Shown here piece by piece: positions 10,116 through 19,935 of a stretch of DNA of 64,000 bases. Made by a program: the position numbers and the translations under genes. The stretch's first letter is position 1, and each line of letters begins with the position of its first letter. This DNA is from an uncultured Acidobacteriota bacterium (GTDB taxonomy: Bacteria > Acidobacteriota > Polarisedimenticolia > J045): assembly GCA_963702425.1 (NCBI GenBank), contig CAVPCQ010000040.1, positions 75,515 to 139,514 of the forward strand. The letters are read 5' to 3'. The notes under the pieces are model-generated. The model was given only the letters and a program-made list of their open reading frames with translations, had not been told where the DNA came from and made no database searches.

Positions 10116-10892
10116 ATGAGCAAGTCCCTCGAGATCGGAACCGTGGCCGGCCTGGTGGTCGGCTGCCTGTCGATCTTCGGCTCGTTCCTGCTCGAAGGCG
10201 GGACGATGGACAAGCTGATCCTGATCCCCGCGATGATGATCGTCTTCGGCGGCACGGCGGCGACGGCGATGATCGGCGTCTCGCTCAAGCAGTTCCTGGC
10301 GATCCCCAAGTTCGCGATGATCGCCTTCTTCGCCCCCAAGGAAGACGTGCGCAAGCTGATCGACGAGATCGGCGAGATCGCCAAGCAGGTGCGGCGTCAG
10401 TCGCTGCTGGCGATGGAGAAGGAACTCCCCAAGATTCAGAACCCGTTCCTGAAGCGGCTGCTGGGCCTGGCGATCGACGGGATGGACCCGGGCAGCCTGC
10501 GCACGGTCGCAGAATCGGAGATGAACTACGTCGCCGAGCGCCACAACGCCAACGCCAGCGTCTTCGCCAAGATGGGCGGCTACGCGCCGACGATGGGGAT
10601 CATCGGGACGGTCATGGGGCTGATCGCCACGCTGTCGCACGCCGGCGGCGAGCCCACCGAGCTGATCAAGGGGATCGCGACCGCCTTCATCGCGACGCTG
10701 TGGGGCGTCTTCACCGCCAACATCATCTTCCTGCCGCTGTCCGACAAGCTGAAGAACATCCACGCCGAGGAGAGCATGGCGATGGAGGTGGTGCTCGAGG
10801 GGGTGCTCTCGATCCAGGCCGGCGAGGCGCCGGGGATCACGAAGGCCAAGCTGCAGTCGATGCTGCCGGGCGCGCAGCAGGAAGGCCGCTGA
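10116..10892 (+). CDS. motA: Flagellar-type stator protein MotA
   Basis: Four TM helices, AMMIVFGGT, GGYAPTMGIIGTVMGLI, AFIATLWGV, EGVLSIQAGE. Confidence 0.9.
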   Translation: MSKSLEIGTVAGLVVGCLSIFGSFLLEGGTMDKLILIPAMMIVFGGTAATAMIGVSLKQFLAIPKFAMIAFFAPKEDVRKLIDEIGEIAKQVRRQSLLAMEKELPKIQNPFLKRLLGLAIDGMDPGSLRTVAESEMNYVAERHNANASVFAKMGGYAPTMGIIGTVMGLIATLSHAGGEPTELIKGIATAFIATLWGVFTANIIFLPLSDKLKNIHAEESMAMEVVLEGVLSIQAGEAPGITKAKLQSMLPGAQQEGR

Positions 10893-10895
10893 TCC

Positions 10896-11576
10896 ATGGG
10901 CCGGAAGAAGCGCCACGAGGGCGAGCACGACAGCTCCGAGCGCTGGCTGCTGACCTACGCCGACCTGATCACGCTGCTGCTGGGCCTGTTCGTCATCCTC
11001 TACGCCGGCTCGCAGGTCGACGCGAAGAAGTTCGAGGAGGTGATGTCGGCCTTCTCACAGATCTTCGGCGGCGGTGCCGGGATCCTCGACGGCCAGGCCG
11101 GTGCGCTCTCCGCCCCGGTCCTGCCGAAGGAGCAGGAAGAGAAGCTGCGCGAGATGGTCAAGGAGTCGCTGGGGGACGCGCTGGAAAACGCGCAGATCGC
11201 CCTCTCCGAGTCCGAGCGCGGCGTGACCGTCTCGGTCGCCGACGTGCTGCTCTTCGACCCGGCTCAGGCGGCGCTCCGGCCGGAGGCGCTGCCGGTGCTG
11301 GAGAAGATCGCGCGCACGGTGTCGTCGGTCCCCAACGAGATCCGCGTCGAGGGGCACACCGACAACGCGCCGATCCGGACCGGCGACTACCCCTCCAACT
11401 GGCACCTCTCGGTCGCCCGCTCGCTGAACGTCGCCTACTACCTGCTGGAGCACGGCGCGATCGACCCGTCGCGGATGGCGATCACCGGCTTCGGCGAGTT
11501 CCGGCCGGTCGCGCCCAACGAGACGCCGGAGGGACGCGCGCGCAACCGCCGCGTGGACATCGTCCTCGTCAAGTGA
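10896..11576 (+). CDS. motB: Stator protein MotB with OmpA-like peptidoglycan-binding domain
   Basis: ERWLLTYADLITLLLGLF with the conserved Asp; VEGHTDN, SNWHLSVAR, RARNRRVDI. Confidence 0.9.
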   Translation: MGRKKRHEGEHDSSERWLLTYADLITLLLGLFVILYAGSQVDAKKFEEVMSAFSQIFGGGAGILDGQAGALSAPVLPKEQEEKLREMVKESLGDALENAQIALSESERGVTVSVADVLLFDPAQAALRPEALPVLEKIARTVSSVPNEIRVEGHTDNAPIRTGDYPSNWHLSVARSLNVAYYLLEHGAIDPSRMAITGFGEFRPVAPNETPEGRARNRRVDIVLVK

Positions 11577-11691
11577 CGTAGGGGCCGGCCTCCGTGCCGG
11601 CCCGCAGCGCCCTCCGCCGCTTGAAACACCCAGTTACTTCGACGCCCCCCGCCGTCCGGCGTACCTTCCAGCAGCGCGTGGGGGTGGTTCG

Positions 11692-14600
11692 ATGCTTCAT
11701 CCGGAGCTTCGTCTTGCACGGCGGGCGGCGGCCGCGACGGCGCTGCTCTGCGCGTGCCTCGCCGCGACGGCGCAGGACTTCGTACCCTCGCCGAACGGCC
11801 ACCGCGCGTCGAACGCCGAGCAGCCGATGACGATCGAGGCCGTCGACGCGGGGGTCCGCGTCGCGGCGCTCGACCCCGTGCGCCCCGGGCTCGACGCCAC
11901 GCTTTCCCTGGTCGCGGCGGGACCTGCGGACGCGGTCGTCCCGGTTCGCCGGACCTCGCCGCGCGTCACCGGATCGCGCGCGGAGTTCTCGCGCGGCGGC
12001 TTCGTCGAGTGGTACGTCAACACCCCGCGGGGCCTCGAGCTGGGCCTGACCGTCGACGGGCCGCTTCCGGGACCGCTCGTGTTCGAGTACGCCACGGGCG
12101 GCGCGCTGGCGCCGAAGCTCGCCGAGGACGGGCGCTCGTTCGAGTACCGGCTGGACGACAGCGCGCCGGTCTTCGTCTACGGCCAGCTCAACGCGCACGA
12201 CGACGCGGGGCGCGAGATCCCGGCGTCGTGGGAGCCGATCCTCGACGCGACGGGAGCAGTCGCCGGCCTGCGGCTGACGCTGGGGATCGACGGTCACGCT
12301 CCCCCGTATCACGTCGCCGGGCTGATCACCCGCGGCGACCTGGAGTCGAGGAGCGAGCCGAAGGGTGAGCCGAAGCCGGTCCCGTCGCCCGCGGCCCCGG
12401 ACGCCGCGCCCGGGACGGACGCCCCACCGACCAACGACCTCTGCGCCGGCGCCGAGAACGTCCCGACCGCCGGCCCCTTCCCCTACCTCACCGGGATCTA
12501 CGACATCACCGACGCGACGAGCACCGGCGATCCGCCGCTGCCGAGCTGCCAGGCGAGCGTCGTGCGCAGCGTCTGGTTCACCTTTACGCCGGGGACGAGC
12601 GGCCCGCACACGCTGTCCCTGTGCGCCGACGGGCCGACGGCAACGACCGTCGACGACACCATCCTGGCGGTCTACACCTCGTCCAACGGCGGCTGCACTG
12701 GCACCTTCACGCAGGTCGCGGGCGGCTGCGACGACGACGGCTGCACCGTGGAAGCCGTGCAGTCGGCGATTGCCAACCTGGCCCTGACCGCGGGCACGAA
12801 GTACTTCGTCGTGGCCTACACCTACTCCGGGCTCCTGCCGATCCCGGGCAGCACCGACATCCAGCTGCGCGTCACCGCCCCGGCGGCCGCGCCGCCCAAC
12901 GACCAGTGCGCGGGGGCCGAGGCGATCCCGGCCGGGTCCTACCCGGTCAGCGGCTCGCTCGCGCCGGACATCACCAACGCCACCTCGACCGGCGATCCGG
13001 GTGCGCCGTCGTGCCAGGCGATCGTCTCGCGCAGCGTCTGGTACACCTTCACGCCGGATCAGACAGCGGCCTACGAGATCTCGACCTGCGCCGGCGCGCC
13101 GACCGGCACGACCGTCGACGACACGGTGCTCGCCCTCTACACCTCGTCGAACGGGACCTGCAGCGGGACCTTCACGCCGGTCGGCAGCGCCTGCGACGAC
13201 AACGGCTGCGACAACGAGGTCAGCCAGGCCGTCCTCCCGTCGATCGGCCTGACCGCGGGAACGAAGTACTACCTCCTCATCCATCAGTCCGGGACGACGG
13301 CCCCGACCGCCGGCAACACCGCCGTCCAGGTGCGGATCGCGAGGAATGCGCCGCCGCCCGGCAACGACCAGTGCCCCGGGGCCGAGGTGATCCCCGCCGG
13401 CCCCTATCCGGCCCTGAGCTCGGTCACGGCCGACATCACGGCCGCGACCACGACCGGCGACCCCCCGACGCCGTCCTGCCAGGCCAATGTCTCCCGCAGC
13501 CTCTGGTACCGTTTCACGCCGGCGGAGAGCGGCAGCTACGAGGTCTCGACCTGCGCCGACTCGCCGACCGGAACCACGGTCGACGACACCGTGCTCGCGG
13601 TCTACACCTCGTCGAACGGCAACTGCGGCGGGGCGCTCACGCAGGTCTCCGGGGCCTGCGACGACAACGCGTGCGTCAGCGAGACCAGCCAGGCGCTGAT
13701 TAGTGTGGTCAGCCTGAGCGCGGGAACCCCGTACTACATCCTGGTCCACAAGTTCGGCACGACGCCTCCGACGGCCGGAAACACGGCGGTCCAGGTCCTG
13801 GTGAACCGCAACCCAACGCCACCGGCGAACGACCTCTGCTCCGGGGCGGAGGTCGTCCCGCCGGCCGGGCCCTTCCCCTACCTCACCTCGCTCGACCCGA
13901 ACATCACGTACGCCACCGACGCGGGCGACCCGCCGTCCAAGCCCTCGTGCCAGCCCAACGTCTCGCGCGGCACGTGGTACGCCTTCACGCCGTCGGTGAC
14001 CGGGAGCTACAACCTCTCGCTCTGCGCCGACGCCCCGACCGGGACGACCGTCGACGACACGGTCCTCGCGGTCTACACCTCGTCGAACGGAACCTGCGCG
14101 GGGACGTTCACCCAGGTCGGCGGCGCGTGCGACGACGATTCCTGCACGAACGAGGGGAGCCAGTCGGTCCTGAACGGCCTGAACCTGGCGGCGGGGACGA
14201 CCTACTACATCCTCGCCTACAAGTACAGCAACGTCGCGCCGACGGCGGGGAATACCGCGGTCCAGCTGCGCGTCGACTACAACGCGCCGCCGGCGAACGA
14301 CACCTGCGGGGCGGCCACGCCGCTCGCGCTCGACACGCCGCTCGCCGGGAAGAACCAGTTCGGCGCGAACAACACCGAGCTTCCGGCCGGCAGCCCGTGC
14401 TTCACGGGCCTCGGCCAGACGGCTTCGACGGCGATCGGCCGCGACGTCGTCTACTCGTTCACCGCCCCTTCGGCCGGCCTCTACTCGTTCCGCATCACGG
14501 GGTTCTCGACCTCCCTCAACCCGGTGCTCTACCTGGCCGGCGACTGCCCGGCGGCCGCCCCGCCGGCGAACGTCACGGGGTGCCTCGAGGCGGCCAACCG

Positions 14601-16301
14601 CAACACCGGCAACGGCGCCGAGGAGACGGACTGCGTCGCGCTCTCCTCCGGGCAGGCGGTCTACCTCTATGTCGACGAGAACACCTTCAGCAGCGGGAGC
14701 CCCTTCACGGTCGAGGTCAACCGCTGCACCCGCGAGACGGAGCCGAACGGGACCCCCGCCACCGCCAACGAACCGGCGTGCGGCATCGAGGGCTCGATCG
14801 GCACCGCTTCCGAGGCCGACTTCTTCCGGCTCGGCGTGCCGGCCGCCAGCGCGCGCGTCTTCGCCCTCGCCGACGGCGTGGCCGCGAACTCGACCGACTT
14901 CGACCTGCGCGTGACCACATCGACCGACACGCTCGAGTACGACGACCAGAACAACGACGCGCCCTTCGGCGCGCTGGCCCCGAACGTCGCCGGGACGATC
15001 GCGCCGGCAGCGGCGGCGTACGTCCGGGTCTCCCCCTTCAGCGTCTCGGCCGTCAGCGAGCCGTACCGGCTGTACGCGGTGATCCAGCCGCCGTCGTCCG
15101 GCGCAACGCCGGAGATCGAGCCGAACGATGCGGTCGCACAGGCGACGGCCGGCGCCAACGAGTACTTCTCCGGCGCGCTGGCGTCGACCGCCGACGTCGA
15201 CCTCTTCGCCCTGACGGCGAGTGCCGGCGAGCTGCTCGTGGTCGGGCTCGACCCCGACCCCACGCGCAACAACACCCCCTTCAACCCGACCCTCGCGCTG
15301 CTCGACCCGGCCGGCGTGACGCTGCGCTCGGTCAACGACACCGGCTCGCTCTCGACCACCGCCTCCGGCGCCGGGAACCTCGAGTCGACCACGCCGAACT
15401 CGCCGGCGGAAGGGCTCATCTGGCGGGTGCGCGCGAGCGGCACGCACTACGTGCGCGTCGGCTGGTCGAGTGGGCCGGCCGGCGACTACCTGGTCTCGAT
15501 CGCCCACGACTGCCGGGTCAAGCCGGCAACCGACCTCGCCGTGACGCAGGTGGACGCGCCGGACCCGGTCGCCCCGGGCGCGAACGTCACCTACACCGTG
15601 ACGGTGTCGAACGCCGGCGCCCACCCGGCATCCGTCGTCACGCTGCGCGACGACCTGTCGGCCAACGCGACGCTCGTCTCGGCGACGCCGAGCCAGGGCT
15701 CGTGCGGCGCCACCGTGCCCGTGACCTGCGACCTCGGGACGATCGGAAGCGGCGGCGCGGCGACGGTGACGGTCGTCGCCGGTGCGCCGGGCACGGCCCC
15801 CGCTACGATCACGAACACCGCGCGCGTCACGAGCGCCACGCTCGACGTCGTCCCGGGCAACGACGCGTCGACGGCGACGACTGCGGTCGCCGGCGGCCCC
15901 GACGGCGACGGCGACGGCGTGCCGGACGCCGGCGACTGCGCGCCCGCCGACAACACCGCGTGGGCTCTCCCCTCGCCCGCGCTCGACCTCGTCTTCCCGA
16001 GCGTCCTCGACCGCACGCTGCTCGGCTGGTCCCCGCCCGCCGCCCCCGGCGGGACGGCGGTACGCTACGACCTCCTGCGCAGCCCCGCGGCGAACAACTT
16101 CTCGACGCCGTTCTGTCTCGCGAAGAACGGGACCGCGCTGACGGGTTCTGTGTCGCGAAGAACGTGAGCGCGCTGACCGCGCACGACGGCGCGATCCCGG
16201 CCGCCGCGTTCTTCTACGTCGCGCGCAGCCGGAACGCCTGCGGCGCCAACGCCGGGACCGACTCCGCCGGGACGCCGCGCATCGCGGGGGCCTGCCCGTA
16301 G
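11692..16301 (+). CDS. Large secreted Cys-rich repeat protein (4 x 155-aa repeats, PPC-like domains, DUF11, DGDGD motif); C-terminus shifted at about 16145
   Basis: Signal peptide; N-domain VEWYVN..GLE; repeats NDxCxGAE; ExEPN(D/G) domains; TDLAVTQVDAPDPV...VVPGND (DUF11); last about 50 aa continue in another frame to TAG at 16301. Confidence 0.8.
12433..14295 (+). repeat. Four intragenic tandem repeats (465, 465, 465, 468 bp)
   Basis: NDxC starts at 12433, 12898, 13363 and 13828, with a divergent fifth unit at 14296; each has SCQ, WY/FxFTP, TTVDDT, CDD and six Cys. Confidence 0.9.
16111..16177. repeat. Imperfect 35-bp tandem duplication causing the frameshift
   Basis: ttctgtctcgcgaagaacgggaccgcgctgac at 16111 and ttctgtgtcgcgaagaacgtgagcgcgctgac at 16146. 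Confidence 0.85.
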
Positions 16302-16392
16302 GCGGCACCGGCCGACGGGCGCGACACCCCGTAGCCTTCGCCGCGTCGCGGCATCACACTGTCCCACCCGCCCGGATCGTCCATCGAGGCCC

Positions 16393-18772
16393 GTGTTCCA
16401 CCGTCGCCGCTGCCGCCGGCTTACGCCTCGCGAGACGGTCGTTTTCTCCGTCCTCGCCGCGCTGGCCCTGTCCGCCCACCCGGCGATTGCGATCTCCGGC
16501 CCCGAGTTCGGCGCCGTGCCGCGCGCGGAGGGCCCGGTGAAGATCGACGGCGTCCTCGACGAAGCCGCGTGGCAGCAGGCGCTCGCGATCCCGCTCCCGT
16601 ACGAGGTCTACCCCGGCGACAACTCGCCGGCCCCGGTCTCGACGACCGCGCTCCTGCTCTTCGACGACGCCAACCTCTACGTCGGCTTCCGCGCCGAGGA
16701 CCCCGCCCCCGGACCGGATCCGCGCGCACTACACCGACCGCGACACCGCCTACCGCAACGACCTCGTCGGCGTGCTGCTCGACCCGTTCGACGACCAGCG
16801 CCACGGCTACCTGTTCGCGGCCAACCCCTACGGGGTGCAGATGGACTCGCGCGCCCAGCAGGACGGCGAGGGGCGGGGGTTCAACGTCGCCGGGCGCTCC
16901 GGCCGAGGACGGCAGCTGGGACGAGCTCTGGGAGTCCGCCGGGCGGGTCGGTCCCGAAGGCTTCACGGTCGAGCTCGCGATCCCCTTCAGGTCGCTGCGC
17001 TACCCGCGCGGCGGCGGCCCCCAGTCCTGGGGGTTCGTCGCCTTCCGGCAGCGGCCGCGCACCGAGCGCGTCCGGACCCAGTCCTCTCCCGTCGACCGCG
17101 ACGACAACTGCTGGTTCTGCCAGCTCGGACGGATCGCGCTGCCCGAGGCGCCGCGGCCGGGCCCGGCGATCGAGCTGCTTCCGACCCTGACCTGGCTGCG
17201 CAGCGAGGCCCGCGCCGACGGCCCGTCCGGCCTGCCGGCGTCCGAGCGCGACCTCGAGGTTCGAGCAGAACGAGGTCGACGCCGGGCTCTCGGCGCGCTG
17301 GGGCTTCACCCCCAACTCGAGCCTCAATCTCGCGCTCAACCCCGACTTCTCGCAGATCGAGGCCGACGCGCTCCAGCTCGACGTCAACAACCGCTTCGCG
17401 CTCTTCTACCCCGAAAAGCGCCCGCTCTTCCTCGAGGGGGCCGACCTGTTCGCCACGCCGATCGGCGTGGTCTACACCCGCACGATCGTCGACCCTTCCG
17501 CCGTCGCCAAGATCACGATGCGCGAGGGGCGCAACAGCCTCGGCGCCTTCGTGGCCCGGGACGAGCCGACCGCCTTCGTGCTCCCCTTCCCCGACGGTTC
17601 GTTCGGCACCGGTTTCCCGGGCGCGAACACGACCGGCGTGCTGCGCTACCGCCGCGACATCGGCAGCGGCTCTTCGCTCGGGGCGATCGCCACCCTGCGC
17701 GACGGGGAAGCCGACGCCGACCTCGATCCGGACGACACCGCGGAGCCGGTCGATCGCGGCTACCGGAACTTCGCCGGCGGCCTGGACGGCGTCCTCCGCC
17801 TCTCCCCTGCCGACGTGGTGACCGCGCAGTGGCTGACCACCTCGACCGACTATCCGGACGCCTTCGCCCGCGCGTTCGAGCAGCCGATCGGACGTTCTCG
17901 GGTACCGGCTGGACCGCGGACTACGCCCACGAGGCCCGCTTCTGGAGCTGGTACGCCGGGGCCGGCACGCGCTCCCCCGGCTTCCGCGCCGACGCCGGCT
18001 TCATCCCGCGGATCGATCTCCGCTCGGCCTACCTCTCCGGCGGGCGCAGCTTCTACGCCGCACCCGGGTCGTGGTGGACGCGTCTGCGGATCTTCGCCGA
18101 GTGGGAGCGCGCCGAGAACACCGCCGGCGAGTTGCTCGAGGACGAGTGGGCGGTCGAGCTGAACTACAGCGGCCCCTACCAGTCGTCGGCCAGCTCCGAC
18201 CGATGCGGGTCCGCGAGTCGTTCCGGGGGACGGTCTACGACCAGCGCGGGATCCGGTTCTTCGGCAACGTGCGGCCGACGGGAGACTTCACGACCTCGCT
18301 CTCCGCCTTCTACGGCGACGGCATCGACTACGTGAACAACCGTCCCGGGCGGCAGCTCGTGATCGAGCCGGGCCTGACCTGGAACGCCGGCCGGCACTTC
18401 TACCTGCAGCTGGACGACGAGTACGAGCGCTTCGACGAGGCCGGCGGCCGCCTCTACACCGCGAACCAGGCCAACGCCCGCCTGATCTACCAGTTCGACG
18501 TGCGGACCTTCGTCCGGCTGGTCGTCCAGTGGACCGCCATCGACCGCAACCTCGACCTGTACGGCGCGGGCGCCGGCGGCGGCGAGGACGACGGCCTCCC
18601 CCTCGCCCGCGAGCGCCGGCTCCTGGGCCAGTTCCTCTTCGCCTACAAGCTCGGCCCCCAGACCGTCTTCTTCGCCGGCTTCGACGAGCGGTCTTTCGAG
18701 TCGGAGGCCGTCCCGCTCCACCTCACCGACCGGACCGTTTTCCTGAAGATCGGGTACGACTGGCGGCCCTGA
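16393..18772 (+). CDS. CBM9-like plus DUF5916 outer-membrane protein; about five apparent frameshifts
   Basis: IDGVLDEAAW, LDPFDD, NPYGVQ, ELAIPFRSLRY, NPDFSQIEAD...FYPEKRPLFLEG, C-terminal FLKIGYDW; shifts near 16710, 16895, 17260, 17890, 18195. Confidence 0.8.
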
Positions 18773-18780
18773 GGCCGGCA

Positions 18781-18867
18781 CCGGCAAGGCGAATACAAGG
18801 CGAATATATTGCCGGAAGATACTAACTAACAATGCCGCTTGCCTAGCTCTTTCCCGGCGCGTAAGGT
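18781..18867 (+). promoter_or_regulatory. Candidate promoter/operator of the redox operon
   Basis: AT-rich patch; caaggcgaata twice in tandem (18785-18806), ccggcaa/ttgccgg inverted ends; TTGCCT-17 nt-TAAGGT at 18839-18867. Confidence 0.5.
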
Positions 18868-19047
18868 TGGATCGAGCCGGGGCATTCAGGGATAGCTCCC
18901 GCCCCCCACGGCGTCGGGTCTGCCCGTTTCGGAGTGCGGCCGAGTATCGCCGCCGCCGGGCGTGTTTTCTCGGCGCGCTGCCGGCGGCGGCTCCGGTCGA
19001 ACCACCCCCTCGCGCCGGGGACGCCGCGCGCACCCGGGAGGCCCGTG

Positions 19048-19449
19048 ATGAGCCAGCACCTCTTGATTCTCGAGATGGAGTGCCCCGCCTGCCGGGCGAT
19101 CCTGACGGAGGGGGCGACGGTCCACCTCGACGCCCATGTCGACGAGCAGAACCAGGACGGCGCCGTCTTCCTGAGCGCGGTCTTCGGCGACCACGGCATC
19201 ACGACCGACCTGGCGATCCGAGAGGGGGCGACGGTCGAGTTCCGGTGCCCGCACTGCGACGCGTCGCTGATGCTGCGCCACCCCTGCACGCTCTGCGGCG
19301 CGCCGATGGCGTCGATCAACATCACGAGCGGCGGCTACCTCGAGTTCTGCTCGCGACGTGGCTGCCGCGGGCACGCACTCGGCGGCTTCGGCGACGTCGA
19401 CCAGATGATGTCGCTCGTCAATCGCATGCTCAAGACACCGCACGACTGA
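19048..19449 (+). CDS. Small Cys-rich (probable Zn/Fe-binding) protein
   Basis: CPAC, CPHC, CTLC, CSRRGC; GGAGG RBS before the ATG at 19048. Confidence 0.75.
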   Translation: MSQHLLILEMECPACRAILTEGATVHLDAHVDEQNQDGAVFLSAVFGDHGITTDLAIREGATVEFRCPHCDASLMLRHPCTLCGAPMASINITSGGYLEFCSRRGCRGHALGGFGDVDQMMSLVNRMLKTPHD

Positions 19450-19464
19450 GCGGAGACCGCAGCG

Positions 19465-19935
19465 ATGTCCTCGCACCGGAAGTACGACTTCAAGAACCAG
19501 AGCTTCGCCGGCGAGCAGGGCCGGCTGATCCCGCTGCTCCAGCAGGCGCAGGAGCAGGAGGGCTACCTCAGCCGCGACGGCCTGCTGCGGATCCAGCGCG
19601 AGTCCGGGATCCCGCTGTCGCAGATCTACGGCGTCGCCACCTTCTACGCCCAGTTCCGGCTCAAGCCGGTCGGCAAGCACCTGGTGCGCGTCTGCCACGG
19701 CACCGCCTGCCACGTCAGCGGCGCAATCGAGGTGACGCAGGCGATCGGCAAGCACCTCGGGATCGCCAACGGCGAGACGACGCCCGACCGGAAGTTCACG
19801 CTGGAGACCGTGTCCTGCCTGGGCTGCTGCAGCCTGGCGCCGGCTCTGATGATCGGCAGCACCACCTACGGGAACCTCAGCCCGTCCTCGGTGGTCAAGC
19901 TGGTGAAGAAGTTCCAGAAGGAGGACCACTCGTGA
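19465..19935 (+). CDS. nuoE: NuoE/HydC/StnA-like [2Fe-2S] subunit
   Basis: GVATFYAQF, CHGTAC, CLGCCSLAP. Confidence 0.9.
   Translation: MSSHRKYDFKNQSFAGEQGRLIPLLQQAQEQEGYLSRDGLLRIQRESGIPLSQIYGVATFYAQFRLKPVGKHLVRVCHGTACHVSGAIEVTQAIGKHLGIANGETTPDRKFTLETVSCLGCCSLAPALMIGSTTYGNLSPSSVVKLVKKFQKEDHS

Noticed and set aside
10116-11576. motAB as Zorya ZorAB
   Set aside because: MotA lacks the long ZorA tail, both proteins carry flagellar-type motifs, and no zorC/D/E genes are adjacent
11569-16308. 1579-aa minus-strand ORF, and similar long antisense ORFs such as 19866-25826, 37895-40945 and 44660-48211
   Set aside because: Shadow ORFs of high-GC genes: Arg/Gly/Ala-rich, without motifs, opposite well-supported CDSs
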